Source: Octopus vulgaris
Taxonomy: Eukaryota
Length of the DNA: 64,000 bases
Direction of reading: 5' to 3'
NCBI GenBank assembly: GCA_951406725.2
Contig: OX597820.1
Location: 95,728,001 to 95,792,000, forward strand
Shown here: positions 23,815 through 37,379 of the stretch, piece after piece
How the letters are laid out: the number at the start of each line of letters is the position of its first letter
How positions within the stretch are numbered: the first letter of the stretch is position 1
The notes under the pieces: generated by a model
Database searches by the model: none
What the model saw: only the letters and a program-made list of their open reading frames with translations
Told to the model about the DNA's origin: nothing
Program-made: the position numbers and the translations under genes

Positions 23815-25318
23815 AATAATAAAATGTGCCAAAGCAACCATGAAAAGAGGAAAACTAGTTAAGATTAGCAACATCATACTAGATAAAGCCAATGAAATAA
23901 TAGAATTAGACGAAAGCCAGACATACAAATATTTAGGAATTAATAAACTAGATACGATACAACACACACAATGAAAGACAAAATAAAGAAAGAATACTAT
24001 AGACGAGTTAGATCAATACTGAAAACAGAACTCAATGCTAAAAACAATATAATAGGTATTAACACTTTAGCCGTCCCAGTTATAAGTTACTGCTAAAATA
24101 TCCTTAACTGGACACTAAATGAACTAACCAAAATAGACAGGAAAACAAGAAAAATAATGACAGGATCTAGGATGCACCACCCAAAATCTGACATAAAAAG
24201 GCTATATATACAACGTATAGAAGGTAGTCGAGGCCTTATACAGCTGGAAAACTATTATAAAATAACCACCATAGGACTGCAAAAGTACCTACTTCAGAAG
24301 CAAGGAGAACTAATACAAATAGCCACAAAACATGAGCAAAACACAAAAAGAAACTGTTTTCAGTATTTAAGGAAACTGTCAAATACAACAAACAAGAAGT
24401 CATACTACCTAACAAATATGAAGAAGAAGAAGAAACAACAAAAGCTATATAACAAATGAAATCCAAACTAAAACTAAGACAACAACGAACCATGATAAAA
24501 CGATGGCAAGAAAAGCCCCTTCATGGCAAATACTGGGCTAAACTAAATCCAAAAGAAATAGACAGAGAAAAAGGCCAGCAATGATTGAGAAGCTCAGGAC
24601 TCAAAGCAGAGACTGAAGGATTTTTAATTGCAATACAAGACCAAAGCCTCCCCACCAGGAATTACCAAAAACATATAATGAAAAAGAAACATATCAAGTA
24701 ACTGCAGAATATGTGGAGATGGACAAGAAACAATAAATCATATTGTCTCTGGCTGCCCAGTCCTGGCTAACAAGGAATATATTCACAGATACGACAGAGT
24801 TGGGACCTACATACACCGGAAGCTATGCCAACACTATGGAATAACAACAGAAAAAAGATGGTATAGGCACACGCCAGAAAAGGTCACAGAAAACGAGAAA
24901 GCAACCATACTCTGATAGAGAAATTAAGGCCAATAGGCCAGATATAGTTGTCAGAGATCAAGAAGAAAAAAATGCTTTCTAATTGATGTATCAATACCAG
25001 CAGATGACAAAGTTTCTCTAAAAGCTTTCAAAATACAAAGACCTGGAAAAAGAGGTAACTCGAATGTGGAATCTAAAAACAGAAACAATTCCTATCATAG
25101 TGGACGCATTAGGTATGATAAAAAAAATATTCAGACAAATACATAACAAAAACACCAGGACTTACAAATATATATATAACATACAGAAAATTGCACTACT
25201 GGGCACTGCACACATCCTACGCAATCATAAGAGCATCACAGCAAACTACGGCACATACCCAAGGCGCACAGAGCTGCGCTCGGTAGTGAAGTGAAATCAC
25301 GTTATAAAAATAAGACTA

Positions 25319-25321
<3 letters not shown>
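23815..25321 (+). mobile_element. Dong/R4-clade RLE LINE 3' portion (pseudogenised) inserted in (TAA)n
   Basis: YKYLGI, INTLAVPV, RLYI.R.EG.RGL, PLHG, AIQDQ, CRICG..ETINHIVSGC (CCHC), RPDIVV..IDVSIP..K..KY (RLE) and QKIALLGTAHILR. Long (TAA)n on both sides. Confidence 0.9.
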
Positions 25322-25393
<72 letters not shown>

Positions 25394-25397
<4 letters not shown>

Positions 25398-25951
25398 GCC
25401 CTGATGCGGTACCAGGCAGTGGCTCTCATGGCTTCTGATCTTAACTGATTGGAAGTGTTATCATGTACATTGTTTTGTCTTGGTATAAAAGATGGGCTAC
25501 AGCAAATATTCTGCTCAATACCACAGATTTGCTTGTCAGTTGTTTGACCTGAACCAGTTGAGCATGTCCCTTAGTGGCTGACGATATGTGCATCTCTGAT
25601 CACGAGCAGAAGTAGTGGGGGAGCATCATAGCCATGTGTTGAGAAGGATTCTTTGGGGTTTGAATAATTCACCTCTGGAAACATGGGTGTTTCGTTCAAC
25701 GTCCTTAAACAACTCTTATTCAGCGACCTTTTGAGCGGGATGGGCTACTCGATCTGAAGAAAATTCTAAATGGGCTCCACCTGCAAGGTCATGTGCTGTT
25801 TATCTTGATATGAGATCACCATGTCGCGCACATATGGTTGTGATGCATGTGCCTGGTGTACCCCTATCAGACGGGTAGTCATGATGGGTATACTGAGCTT
25901 CGTATATTTTACCCCAGTGTCACTTTGATGGCATGCTCTGCTCGCTCACTC
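25394..25951. mobile_element. Non-coding (TAA)n-associated interspersed repeat (~560 bp, longer copy)
   Basis: Matches 22644-23098 and lies between (TAA)n tracts. Confidence 0.75.
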
Positions 25952-27458
25952 AATAATAATAATAATAATAATAATAATCATGGTTTCAAATTTTGCAGCC
26001 AGTTGCCGATTACAGTAAGAAGTTAGTAAACGGAAATTAACAGATGGGCTACGTAATATGCAGAAAAGGTGAGATGTTCAGTATGAACGTTTATACTCCC
26101 ATATTTATTAACGGTTATTTTTAATACTTTTCTCGCTGGATTCCGTGTTCCTTTCTCTTTTTGCATATGTGATTTTAATTTTGATCTACATAAACGAAGA
26201 TATTTCCTCCGTCTGTCTGCCTTTCTTTCTTCAAAACGAGAAGTTACAGCGAAGAACTATTATTTTAACGAGTTGTATTTATTTATCACCCGACGAGATA
26301 CATCTGTACCGCCGGGTGCTCCTGAAACAGGTGTTGAGTGTCCCACCCATGAGGAATCGATGCTAGATGTGTTGAAACAATTGATTAATAATACATTCTC
26401 GTATATTCCTTCTTCCGTCTTTCATTTGCCACATATATTCAATTTTCACCGACCAAATCCACTCACAGCTTTGATCGCTCCAAAGCGAGAGTAGAAAACA
26501 CTTGTCCACGGTACTACGCAGTGTGACTGAATCAGAACTATGTGGTCGGGAACGAAATTTCTTACAAGACAGCCATACGCTGTGTATTTGTTATGTAAAG
26601 GAAGATATAACTCTATCGTAACTATTTAAGTTGCTTTATATCTTTCTCTCCCACCGTCTCTATGTTTGTATATTTGCTTGCATTTTTCCATATGCGAATG
26701 TGGAAAAATACGTCTTTGTGTCGTTCATGCTCATTTAACACATTTTAATCTCTCCCTCTCTCGCCCTATCTCTTACCTACCTCTCTCTCTCTGTATGTGA
26801 ATAGGGGACGGGTTTATGTGAGTTGAATCTACTTAATATATGTAATATTTCTCTCTCCCCCTCTCTCTCTCTCTCTCTACATTTTTATGCTTCTGCGAGC
26901 GCACATGGATGTGCATGTAGTGTACATGTGCATGTAGTGTACATGTGCATGTACGTGCGTATTTGCCAAAAGTGCCAAAAAAATGTCACCAAAGAAAATC
27001 CTCATCAAAAGTAGTTTAGTAGTACCTAGACATCTATGCTGACTGACACCCTAACAGCTGCGCCCGGGCCGCCAACCTCATTTTTATGCAAACCCTAAAG
27101 AACGAAACGAAAGGTCGATTTTTGAGCAGGATTTGAACCCAGAGTACCTAGGTAAATAATCGAATATGTTTTTCCTACAGCTCTATTGCTTCTACTATCT
27201 AATAATTATTTCTAACAATCATTTATGGCCATAAATTTGTGGGCTTTTATCTTTTTATTTTCTTTTTATTTGGACAACAGCCATATAGAGAATCGATTAC
27301 ATCATATCCATCGACGCTGGAGAGATGAAAGTAAAGGTTAATCCCGGTGAGATTTGGACCCTGAACGAAGCGGGACGGAATTGGATACTTCGCATTTAGT
27401 TCGAAACTGGACTATTTAGGCTATTCATTTCTCCCATAAGCATAATCCGTTGTTGTTG

Positions 27459-27508
<50 letters not shown>

Positions 27509-27989
27509 ATTTTATTGCTGTTGTTAACAACAACAACAACATAAAAGATCTATAGCGTTGTACCAGTAATGGAAAGTACTTGAAAATATTTCCTCCCAAC
27601 TGGATATTGAAAACAAGCAATAGAAGAATGCTTCCAATTATGGGCAAACGTGGTTCTCAAACATACTATGACAAAATAGGAAGAAGAAAAACATGTATAA
27701 AATCATATGGAAAAAGAAAAACGAATGAAGGCTTCAAAGAAAAGTGAGTTAATGAGGCTATTTTTAAATATTACTAACTTGCTTGCTCGCATAACACTTG
27801 CATGTGTGATGCATTACATTCCGATTTTTTTCGCGTTTGGATTTTGGTTTGAAGTTTCAAATTGATAAAATGAATGAAAACAAATAAACATTGATTGGAA
27901 ATACTTAACGTCTGAGATTTAAATATACACTTCATAAAGAAGAAAAAATATTTTACGAAACATATTACGCACAAAGAAATACATCATTA

Positions 27990-28437
27990 TCATAATTATG
28001 TGTCTTCTACTCAGCATATTGTGTATCAAGTATCTCCATTCGGAATTTTTTCCCGCCATTCTTATACTTTTAGCATATCATAGTGTAGTACAGACCTTAA
28101 TGTTATCAAACCCGTGTGTTCTAGGACTTCCTTTAGAGCGTTTACCGTTTATATTTTGTTTTAGTATTACTTTTAAAATACCCTGTGTTCTTAATGTCTA
28201 ACCAAAATATTGTGGCTTCCTTTTTTTATAGCTGAGAGTACTGATTTTTTTGCATATGCTGGTAGCAGTTCACTAGTTTTGAAGTTCTTGTAACTGTGTG
28301 GTGAGAAGCTCACCACATGGCTCCGAGTTCAGTCCCACTGCGTGGCACCTTGGGTAGGCGTCTTCTACTATAGAGCCTCGGGCCGACCAAAGCCTTGTGA
28401 ATTGATTTGGTAAAAAGAAACGAAAAGAACCCAGTCG

Positions 28438-28504
<67 letters not shown>

Positions 28505-29510
28505 ATGACTTTATATCTATGTTTGTCCCCTCACCATTGCTTGACAACCGATGTTGGTATATTTACATCTCCGTAACGTAACGCATCGGCATAAGAGGCT
28601 GGTAAAATAAGTACTAGACTTACAAAGAATAAGTCTTGGGGTCGATTTTTTTCGACTAAACCCTTTAAGGTGGTGCTCCAGGATGACTGCAGTAAAAATG
28701 ATTGAAACAAGTAAAAGAATGTCCATATTGCAAAAGCTCTTATTTTGTAAGATAATGTTTTCATGAATGTCCATATCTCAGTGATAAATTATAGTATGGA
28801 CTATATATAACATTCACACAGCCATTTTCGTTTTTATATGTTTATATGTGGTGTCAAAGCTTGCGACGTTTTTTCAAATGTTTTCCTTGTAATTGCTATT
28901 GTTCGTCTAATATCAGTTTCACATTTATTATTTTCAGACTGCATAAAACCAATCCATACCATGATCGAAATTTGTTCTTTTGGTGTTATATTTACGGTTA
29001 TATTGGCATCAGGAGGTTTTACTATAATTTTCGTCGTTTTAGCATATACTTACATTCGATTTGGTTCTCTCTTTTCATTGACTACGTTGGCCAATTGCTG
29101 CAATTCGTTTGTGCTCAGTGTTAATAATGCGGTATCATTTATAAACTAGTTCTTGTTAAGACTGACTCGCCCAATTATAATTCCAGACATCTCTTCAACA
29201 TCTCAGAATATTTAGGCGTATAATTTAAAGAGACACGAAGATAACACGCATACTTGTCTCTTTTCTTTATTTTAAACTCTGATGTTCTGTTCTTAAATGA
29301 AAATGTACAGACGCCACCAAATCTAGACATAAAAAGTATATTTAACACGCATATCCTAATCAGTCTGGAAATTGAATGTAATGAGGCTGGTAATAACCCT
29401 ATAAACGGTGCAGTACTAATGCCACAAAGTCTTATCCTAATGCATGAAAATGAACTTGGAAGAAAAAGAACATAAACATAAAAACTCCAGATACGCTCCA
29501 TGAGCAGGCA
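27990..29510 (-). mobile_element. Degenerate RTE-like LINE RT fragment interrupted by a SINE (28290-28720)
   Basis: Minus frames give DTALL...ELQQL..V...KTKI, CETDIRRTIAI.RKTF and the C-terminal NGKRSKGSPR typical of the RTE clade. Confidence 0.55.
28440..29334 (+). repeat. Direct duplication, unit 1 (microsatellite + SINE 3' half + RTE fragment)
   Basis: Near-identical to 30140-31035 (offset ~1701). Confidence 0.95.
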
Positions 29511-30135
29511 GAAGTATAAGCACCTATTTAAGAAGCCTTTCTAATTATAAGCAAAGTAAGCACAATTTATTAAACAAGGTATTCATAACAGTAAATCTAT
29601 AAAAAAAGAAACAGAACAGCAACAATTTTCTTTCAAACACCGCAGATTTAAACATCAACATATAACTACTGCATAAATTTAATTCATATTACCTAATTTG
29701 TAGAAGCGAGACACCATCTCTGAAATAGGGAGCTTTCAGATCAAAGTCGTTAACTGTTCTAACCTAGATAGGCACAAAAGTGACCTAAAGTTTTCAGGTT
29801 CAAACTCATGGTCTCGTGACATTAACATATACTACTGTTATACACTCAAACACACACGCACACAGACTCACACACACACGAATGCACACATATACGTGTC
29901 TATGTTTATGTTGCGAATGCACATATATGCGTGGTGCACACGCGCAAGTACGTTTAATCACGGGGTTGTATTGGCAAAAATCTTTTATTGAAAATACTTT
30001 TACAGAGAAGACGACACGCACTTAAGAGAAAATGTATTGTTTATTGAGGCCAGGTCATTACATTCAGTTTCATTATTTTAATTACTGATAGAAATCATCA
30101 GAAGGTGATTAGTGATAAAAGCTATGACGTGGCAA

Positions 30136-30139
<4 letters not shown>

Positions 30140-30211
<72 letters not shown>

Positions 30212-31035
30212 ACTTTATATCTATGTTTGTCCCCTCACCATTGCTTGACAACCGATGTTGGTATATTTACATCTCCGTAACGTAACGCATCGGCATAAGA
30301 GGCTGGTAAAATAAGTACTAGACTTACAAAGAATAAGTCTTGTCGATTTTTTTCGACTAAACCCTTTAAGGTGGTGCTCCAGGATGACTGCAGTAAAAAT
30401 GATTGAAACAAGTAAAAGAATGTCCATATTGCAAAAGCTCTTATTTTGTAAGATAATGTTTTCATGAATGTCCATATCTCAGTGATAAATTATAGTATGG
30501 ACTATATATAACATTCACACAGCCATTTTCGTTTTTATATGTTTATATGTGGTGTCAACGCTTGCGACGTTTTTTCAAATGTTTTCCTTGTAATTGCTAT
30601 TGTTCGTCTAATATCAGTTTCACATTTATTATTTTCAGACTGCATAAAACCAATCCATACCATGATCGAAATTTGTTCTTTTGGTGTTATATTTACGGTT
30701 ATATTGGCATCAGGAGGTTTTACTATAATTTTCGTCGTTTTAGCATATACTTACATTCGATTTGGTTCTCTCTTTTCATTGACTACGTTGGCCAATTGCT
30801 GCAATTCGTTTGTGCTCAGTGTTAATAATGCGGTATCATTTATAAACTAGTTCTTGTTAAGACTGACTCGCCCAATTATAATTCCAGACATCTCTTCAAC
30901 ATCTCAGAATATTTAGGCGTATAATTTAAAGAGACACGAAGATAACACGCATACTTGTCTCTTTTCTTTATTTTAAACTCTGATGTTCTGTTCTTAAATG
31001 AAAATGTACAGACGCCACCAAATCTAGACATAAAA
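30140..31035 (+). repeat. Direct duplication, unit 2
   Basis: Differs from unit 1 by a 3-bp deletion, one substitution seen (AAG/ACG) and microsatellite length. Confidence 0.95.
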
Positions 31036-32040
31036 CTGAACAGGCAAGAATATATTGCGCCTATTTCATTAAAACTTCAAAATATGAGTTTGTACCAAGT
31101 GAGACCTACTTTCTATTGAGAAATGTAAAGTGGTGCATATCATACAAAGTTGTGCTTAAGAGTGGCCACTCAACAATGATTTGGAAGTGTCAAATGTATT
31201 CTAATTGATGCTGTGGAGGCGAAGGTCTGGACGAAAGAGATGACTTCTTGTTTTTTACGGAGAGTAGAGTTTGGTGATTCGGCATGCACGGTAGGATCGA
31301 GTAATGTGTGATGGAAAATATCACAAGACGAAGGAATCATTCTTGAACCTGATTCTCCTAGGTGTTCCGTAAATCAACCCACGAAACATTGGTCAGTACG
31401 TTCGATATATAGAGTTTTACAGAGGAAGTAAACAAAAAAACAAACACACAAACAAAAAACGCACTAATGAATACATATATGCACATACTAAAATAACTAC
31501 AATTACAAACACAGCGCAACAGAAACACGAAACATACATTCAAAACATTTCCAAATATACACCTAATCTCATTCTAAATCATCCAATACATATGTCATAT
31601 GCACTTATACAATCACTTAACACTACTTTCACAACATACGCATGCAACATAAATAGTCTAACTAGAATCTCAATACAAATTTACACACGTTGACTGTAAA
31701 ATATGCATTTTGTTCATGACACTAAAATCAACGCACAGATAGCACATGTAACTCTCTAAAGATTCTGCCAGCTCACAGCCAAATACATTATTCCAAAATA
31801 TTGACGGTTACAGAAACAAATGAAATACGTGGCAGTCATAAAACATGAAAGATATAGAAGCAGAAAACATGAAGAAGGAAAAGAACTATAGTAAAAAAAA
31901 CACCCCTACAAAATCAGAATCAGTAATATTATGAACTAAACATAGCATGGTAAGCCGGTCCCATGTTACTTGCATGAAAACCAGCCTCGGGATCAACAAC
32001 ACGTCAGTTAAATGAATAGAGATGACCACGTTTGAGACAA

Positions 32041-32077
<37 letters not shown>

Positions 32078-32111
32078 AAAGGTTTGAAAATGCAATTTAA
32101 ACGATGTTTAT

Positions 32112-32158
32112 TTACTTAACCGGTTTCACTCTTTGTTAAAAAGATTGTCAAAAGTAAC
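32112..32158 (-). ncRNA. Minimal type-I hammerhead ribozyme candidate (U3:A8 variant)
   Basis: Minus strand: TTACTT-TTGACAA-TCTTTttaacAAAGAgt-GAAA-CCGGTT-AAGTAA. Perfect 6-bp stem I, palindromic stem III AACCGGTT, imperfect base of stem II. Confidence 0.65.
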
Positions 32159-32719
32159 ATTGAATATTATGGGTTCAAAAAAGTTTTTTACATAATTGTC
32201 ACATTGAATATTATGAATTCAAAAATGTTTTTTTATACATAATTGTCACATTACATGTATAAATATAGTATAAAAAAGTTCAATAGTGTGATGAGAATAT
32301 TTGGAAAAATTGGCAGAAAAGAATAAAACAAATATATTATTGGAAATTTGGTTGCGTTAATTATTGGTTGTCGCAAATTGTCACATTACATGTATATATA
32401 TACAGTCTTTGGTAGAAATGACATGTTAAAGACATAAGGAAGTGTAATAGTTTGGTGAGAAAGCTTGTAATATTGACAGAGAAAATTAAAATGGATATTT
32501 TAGACATCTCAGAATATTTTGAATCGAAGGCGAGAATTTGTTTTTACTGACCTGTTTGTTTTAGCAGAAAAGTTGAATTGAGAGAAAAAAAAGATATGTA
32601 CCCAATTTGGTTTATACTTCCCCTTCAAGCATCAGTGACTTTGGGGTTATTGGGAGGTGAGTATGCGGGTGTGAATAGATGTGTCCGTGTGCCTGCTGGT
32701 CAGACAGCGTCTGTTTGTC

Positions 32720-32920
32720 ACACACATATATACACACACACACACAACAACAATACACACACACACATAGTATACACACACACACCACATACACACAACA
32801 CACACACACACAGAATACACACACACACAACGCACCCACATATATAATATATACACACAGCACACAAATATAACATGTATTTATATATAATATACACACA
32901 TATATAAAACATACACACAC

Positions 32921-32957
<37 letters not shown>

Positions 32958-33754
32958 CACACGCACACATATATACATAATATAAATATCACACAAATAC
33001 ACCTAGCATATATATACACATACAATACACATACACAGCATGTATATAATACACATACACAATATATGCATGCAATATACATACGCAATACATACATATA
33101 ATATATATATATATAGACAATGCATATACATATATACATATATACATATAAATAGTGTTTACATACACATACATAGATATACCACATATACACACAATAT
33201 ACATACATACAATGCATACACATACACGTACGCATACATATAAAATATATAGACACACACACACATAACATACATACACAATGCATACATATATATACAC
33301 GCAACGTATATACATGTATTCATGTATATATAGCACACACTTACAATATACATATATACAATGCACACATACACACATATATACACTTAATTGTACACAT
33401 ACATATACAATACACATACATACAATATACATATACACAATGCGCATGCAAATAATGCACATGTTTATACACCCATATACATGAAAATATATATACACAC
33501 ACACACATACACACACACATATACATATATACACATATATATATATATATACACATATACATACATACATACATGCACATACATATATTTTTTCACACAC
33601 ATACACACACATATATATATAAAATTCACACACACACCCACACACACAAAATACAAACCTATAGTGTACACACTCAAATATATCTCTACATACCGCACAC
33701 ACACACAAACAATGTACTCACATATACACACATACCATGCATATACACACACAG

Positions 33755-33786
<32 letters not shown>

Positions 33787-34060
33787 AACAAATACACATG
33801 TAAATACATACACTCGTACACAATGCTCACACACACACACACATACACACACACACGCACACAGTGCACACACACACACATATATACACACGTGCACACA
33901 CACACACAACGCGCGCACACACACACACATACACACACGCACACAGTGCACACACACACACACACATAAACACACGCGCACACACACACACACACACAAC
34001 GTGCACACTCACACACACACACACAACACTCACACACATACATAACCTACATATATATAA
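32720..34060. repeat. Complex (CA)/(TA) low-complexity tract
   Basis: Read directly. Confidence 0.95.
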
Positions 34061-34643
34061 TGCATGCGTGTGCGTGCCACGTATGTGTGCGGTCAATGCC
34101 CGCTAGTGTGTCCTATGCGTGCCGATGCGCGCATGTGCCCACCCGCACGATATGCTGTGAGTGTGCGCGTGCCCCTGTGTGCCTGCTCTGGATGTGTGCC
34201 CAGGGGGTATGTTAGAGTATGTTTAGTTGTGGTCTGTATTTTTGAATAAGATTACTTTCCTTATTTATTCGTGTTTGGTCTGTGGTGTTGTCCGAGCATT
34301 GGTATAGTGGGAAGACTAAGAATTTGGGGGACTTATTGTGTGCACAAAGGTCTAAGTGTCCACTTAGTGGTATCTGTCTTGTGGAGGGGTCCCTCAGTTG
34401 TTGTCGGTGAACTGTCATTCTTTCTCTGAGGGTAAGGCTCGTTTGCCCTATGTAGTCTTCGTGGCATCCTTCACACCTTATGACGTAGAGTAAATTTTTT
34501 GATGCGCACGTGAAATTATTTTTTATGATGAATGTGTGTCCCGAGTGGAACTTGTACGACGATCCCTCAATGAGGTGGATGCAGGTCTTGCAATTGGGGC
34601 GACCACATTTTTTGATGGGCGACCACATTTTTTGATATATATT

Positions 34644-34675
<32 letters not shown>

Positions 34676-35780
34676 TGTATTATGTAAGTATGTATGTCCA
34701 AATAGTTGAAGCTCCGATACATAGTAAAAAATTGAAAATTCCCATTCGTGCAAGGAATCAGCGTGTATTCGATAAAAGAATGAATGACAGCCTTTTACAA
34801 ATCAATAAACGCATTCACAGTAGGCACTAAGCATCAGATGCGCCGGTGTCATTTCCATAACATTTATGCTTCTTATGAGGTCGGCAGCTATGCAAAACAG
34901 ATGAACATATTCTGGAAAAAAAAAGACTAAGCATTCGGAGAACATGAATACAGAGAAAACATACCCTCTATATATTTTCATTACACCTGACTGTTATTCC
35001 TGGCATGTTGTCATTGATCCCCAGTAAAAGAGAATTATTGATAGAAACTATACAGTATCGATCAAATTGTAAACCCAAAAGCTTTCACAAAAAGATCATC
35101 TATTTTATTGTGTGCAATTATAACTGGATGCCATTTTTTTCCATCTCAGTACCATTGATGTAGATGACAAGAAATAAAAACAAATAGCTTTCCATTGTGT
35201 TACCAGAAAGGAAACAGCATCATAAAAGGATATTTGTAGAGTGATAGAAAATATTGATTTTTTTAATAGGCACAAAGCCTGTTGTCGTGAGAAAGTAATC
35301 ACTGGCGGCTGGATTACTCCAGGATACTAATAGGACTTATTTTATTGACCCGGGATAAATGAGTGAGTAATTGGAACTCAGATATGGAGAGCCTACAACA
35401 AAATGTTGAAACAAATATAGCTCAGTGCTCTTTTGTTAATAAAATGCATTGTTCTTGAACATATGCTTTCGACAAAATAGGTTGCTAGCATTTGAAGTTC
35501 TGTCTTCTTAGATGTATTCATCACTGTGCAACAATTACAAAGCTTTCAGTTAAGTGCTCATGTGTCACTAAAATAAGAACAAATGATAAACACATGTAGT
35601 TCATGCTTAATTCTTGGAATTGTGAAATACTAAAAAGCTGAATGGAATTCAAAAGACAAGACATAATATCTCTATCAATATGGTGACATTTGTGAAAATA
35701 CGTTTCGGGGAACAGTAAAAGAAGAATAGTTTCTGTGATTTGTTTCGTTCCAAAGGATTTTTCTGAACTCAAGAAGGAAG

Positions 35781-35847
<67 letters not shown>

Positions 35848-36079
35848 CACATGCATTACATTTGTACTTCATCTATAACTTTAATAAATTCTGTTCCAAA
35901 TATCAAGCTATCTTTTTAAAGAAATAGATGTTAGTTGTTATCGAATTCACGGGGGGGGGGGAGTGTGAACTAGTAATACTAGAAGTTTGAATTAATGTAT
36001 ATACACACAAACATATGTAATATACATACACACATACGTACATACATACATACATACTTATACACACACACATACATAT

Positions 36080-36860
36080 AAGCAAAATATTTGTAAAATC
36101 TCAAGAGATAAAGTAGTTACTATACTAAACAGTAAAGTCAGTTGCCACATCAAATTGGCTGTTGAACGTTACTACTAGTTTAACCCCAGGCAGATTCTCC
36201 ACCAGCTGGTTATCGGCGTGATACTCTGCACACTTTATATCAAATAGATTGTCAGCAGGGGGGACGTACCCCTAGCATCCTCTAACAGCTAACTGGATAG
36301 CGAGACTAACAATATATCGTAAACACAGTGATCATCATTCACCGACCCGTAACAAGCAAAATAGCTAGTTGTAAAATCTCAGGAAGAGATAAAGTAGTAA
36401 CTATACTAAATAGTAGAATGTCGCACCGATAATCAGCTAGCGGAGAAGCTGGTTGGGATTAAACTAGTAGTAACTTTCAACAGCCACTTTGATGTAGCGA
36501 CTGACTTTAGTGTATAGTATAGTTATCATTCTATGTCTTCGTGAGATTTTACGTTGAAAATCAGTGATTGATGGACACTTTGTTTACAATATGTTGTTAG
36601 CAGTAGCGGACTCTTACTATCGCTCTGGTATGTAGGTACTCGCGGCTGAGGATGAGCCAAACAGCACGAAACTGAGTCAGTCTCGCAGTCTTGTTAGCTG
36701 CTCGAGGATGATAGATGTCCGCTCTCCCTGCTGGCAATGTATTGTATATAAAGGGTGCAGAGAGTCACTCTGATAACCAGGTGGCGGAGAATCTGCCTGG
36801 GGTTAAACTAGTACTAACATTCATCAGCCAATTTGATGTAGTGAATGACTTTAATGTATG
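36080..36860. mobile_element. Retrozyme-like / PLE-pLTR-like non-coding element: two slightly-longer-than-unit arrays in inverted orientation
   Basis: The + array 36420-36860 has period 344 (GATAA.CAG...GCGGAGAA at 36428 and 36772). The - array 36080-36415 has period ~278 and lacks the 80-nt hammerhead segment. Confidence 0.7.
36639..36688 (+). ncRNA. Type-I hammerhead ribozyme candidate
   Basis: Stem I CT(C)GCGG/TCGCAG, CTGAGGA 36646-52, degenerate stem II, GAAA 36668-71, palindromic stem III ACTGA-G-TCAGT, GUC at 36680-82. Confidence 0.65.
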
Positions 36861-36879
36861 TGTATATATATATATACTG

Positions 36880-36935
<56 letters not shown>

Positions 36936-37379
36936 TATATTAGCAGAAAGACCTTTTTCTGCTTCTTTAACTTGGTGTCTGCGTGTTTATATTACAGAGA
37001 CAGTGTGTGAAAGAGAAACAGAGAGAGAGAAAGAGAGAGAGAGGGAGAGAGAAGGAGGGGGGCAGATAACATTACAAACAATGAATGAAATAAAAATGAT
37101 ATGTAAAAATCGCATAAATAAAAGCTCGTTAAAACTGTCTTGTAACGAATATTTAAATTTGTGAACTTGAAATAATAAATAATATTAAAAGGTCGTTCAA
37201 AAAGGGAATTTTCATGAAAACTCCAATTTACAGAAAATCTCGCTTGCTTAGGAAATATTTCTTTCAGTAATTTATCGTAGTTGCGATATATCTGTAATTT
37301 AAGCAAACTTTAGGGTATAGCAGCAGTCGCATAGTTATTATTGTAAAGTTTATAGCGTTCCAAACAGTTATACTAAGAA

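Larger units (their letters stand above)
32073..34635 (-). mobile_element. 5'-truncated Neptune-type PLE (GIY-YIG end + 3' region with expanded CA/TA tract)
   Basis: ORF 34212-34628 has KCGRPNCKTC..FTCASKNLLYVIRC..C..YIGQT...R..H and is similar to the 14035 ORF. TATA, donor and hammerhead lie at 32110-32650. Attribution of the 3' region is inferred. Confidence 0.75.

Noticed and set aside
34825-35050. Possible two-exon minus-strand fragment (CAG|GTGTAA donor ~34984, T-rich CAG acceptor ~34912)
   Set aside because: The donor is weak, the peptide is short and unrecognisable, and such signals are expected by chance in AT-rich DNA.
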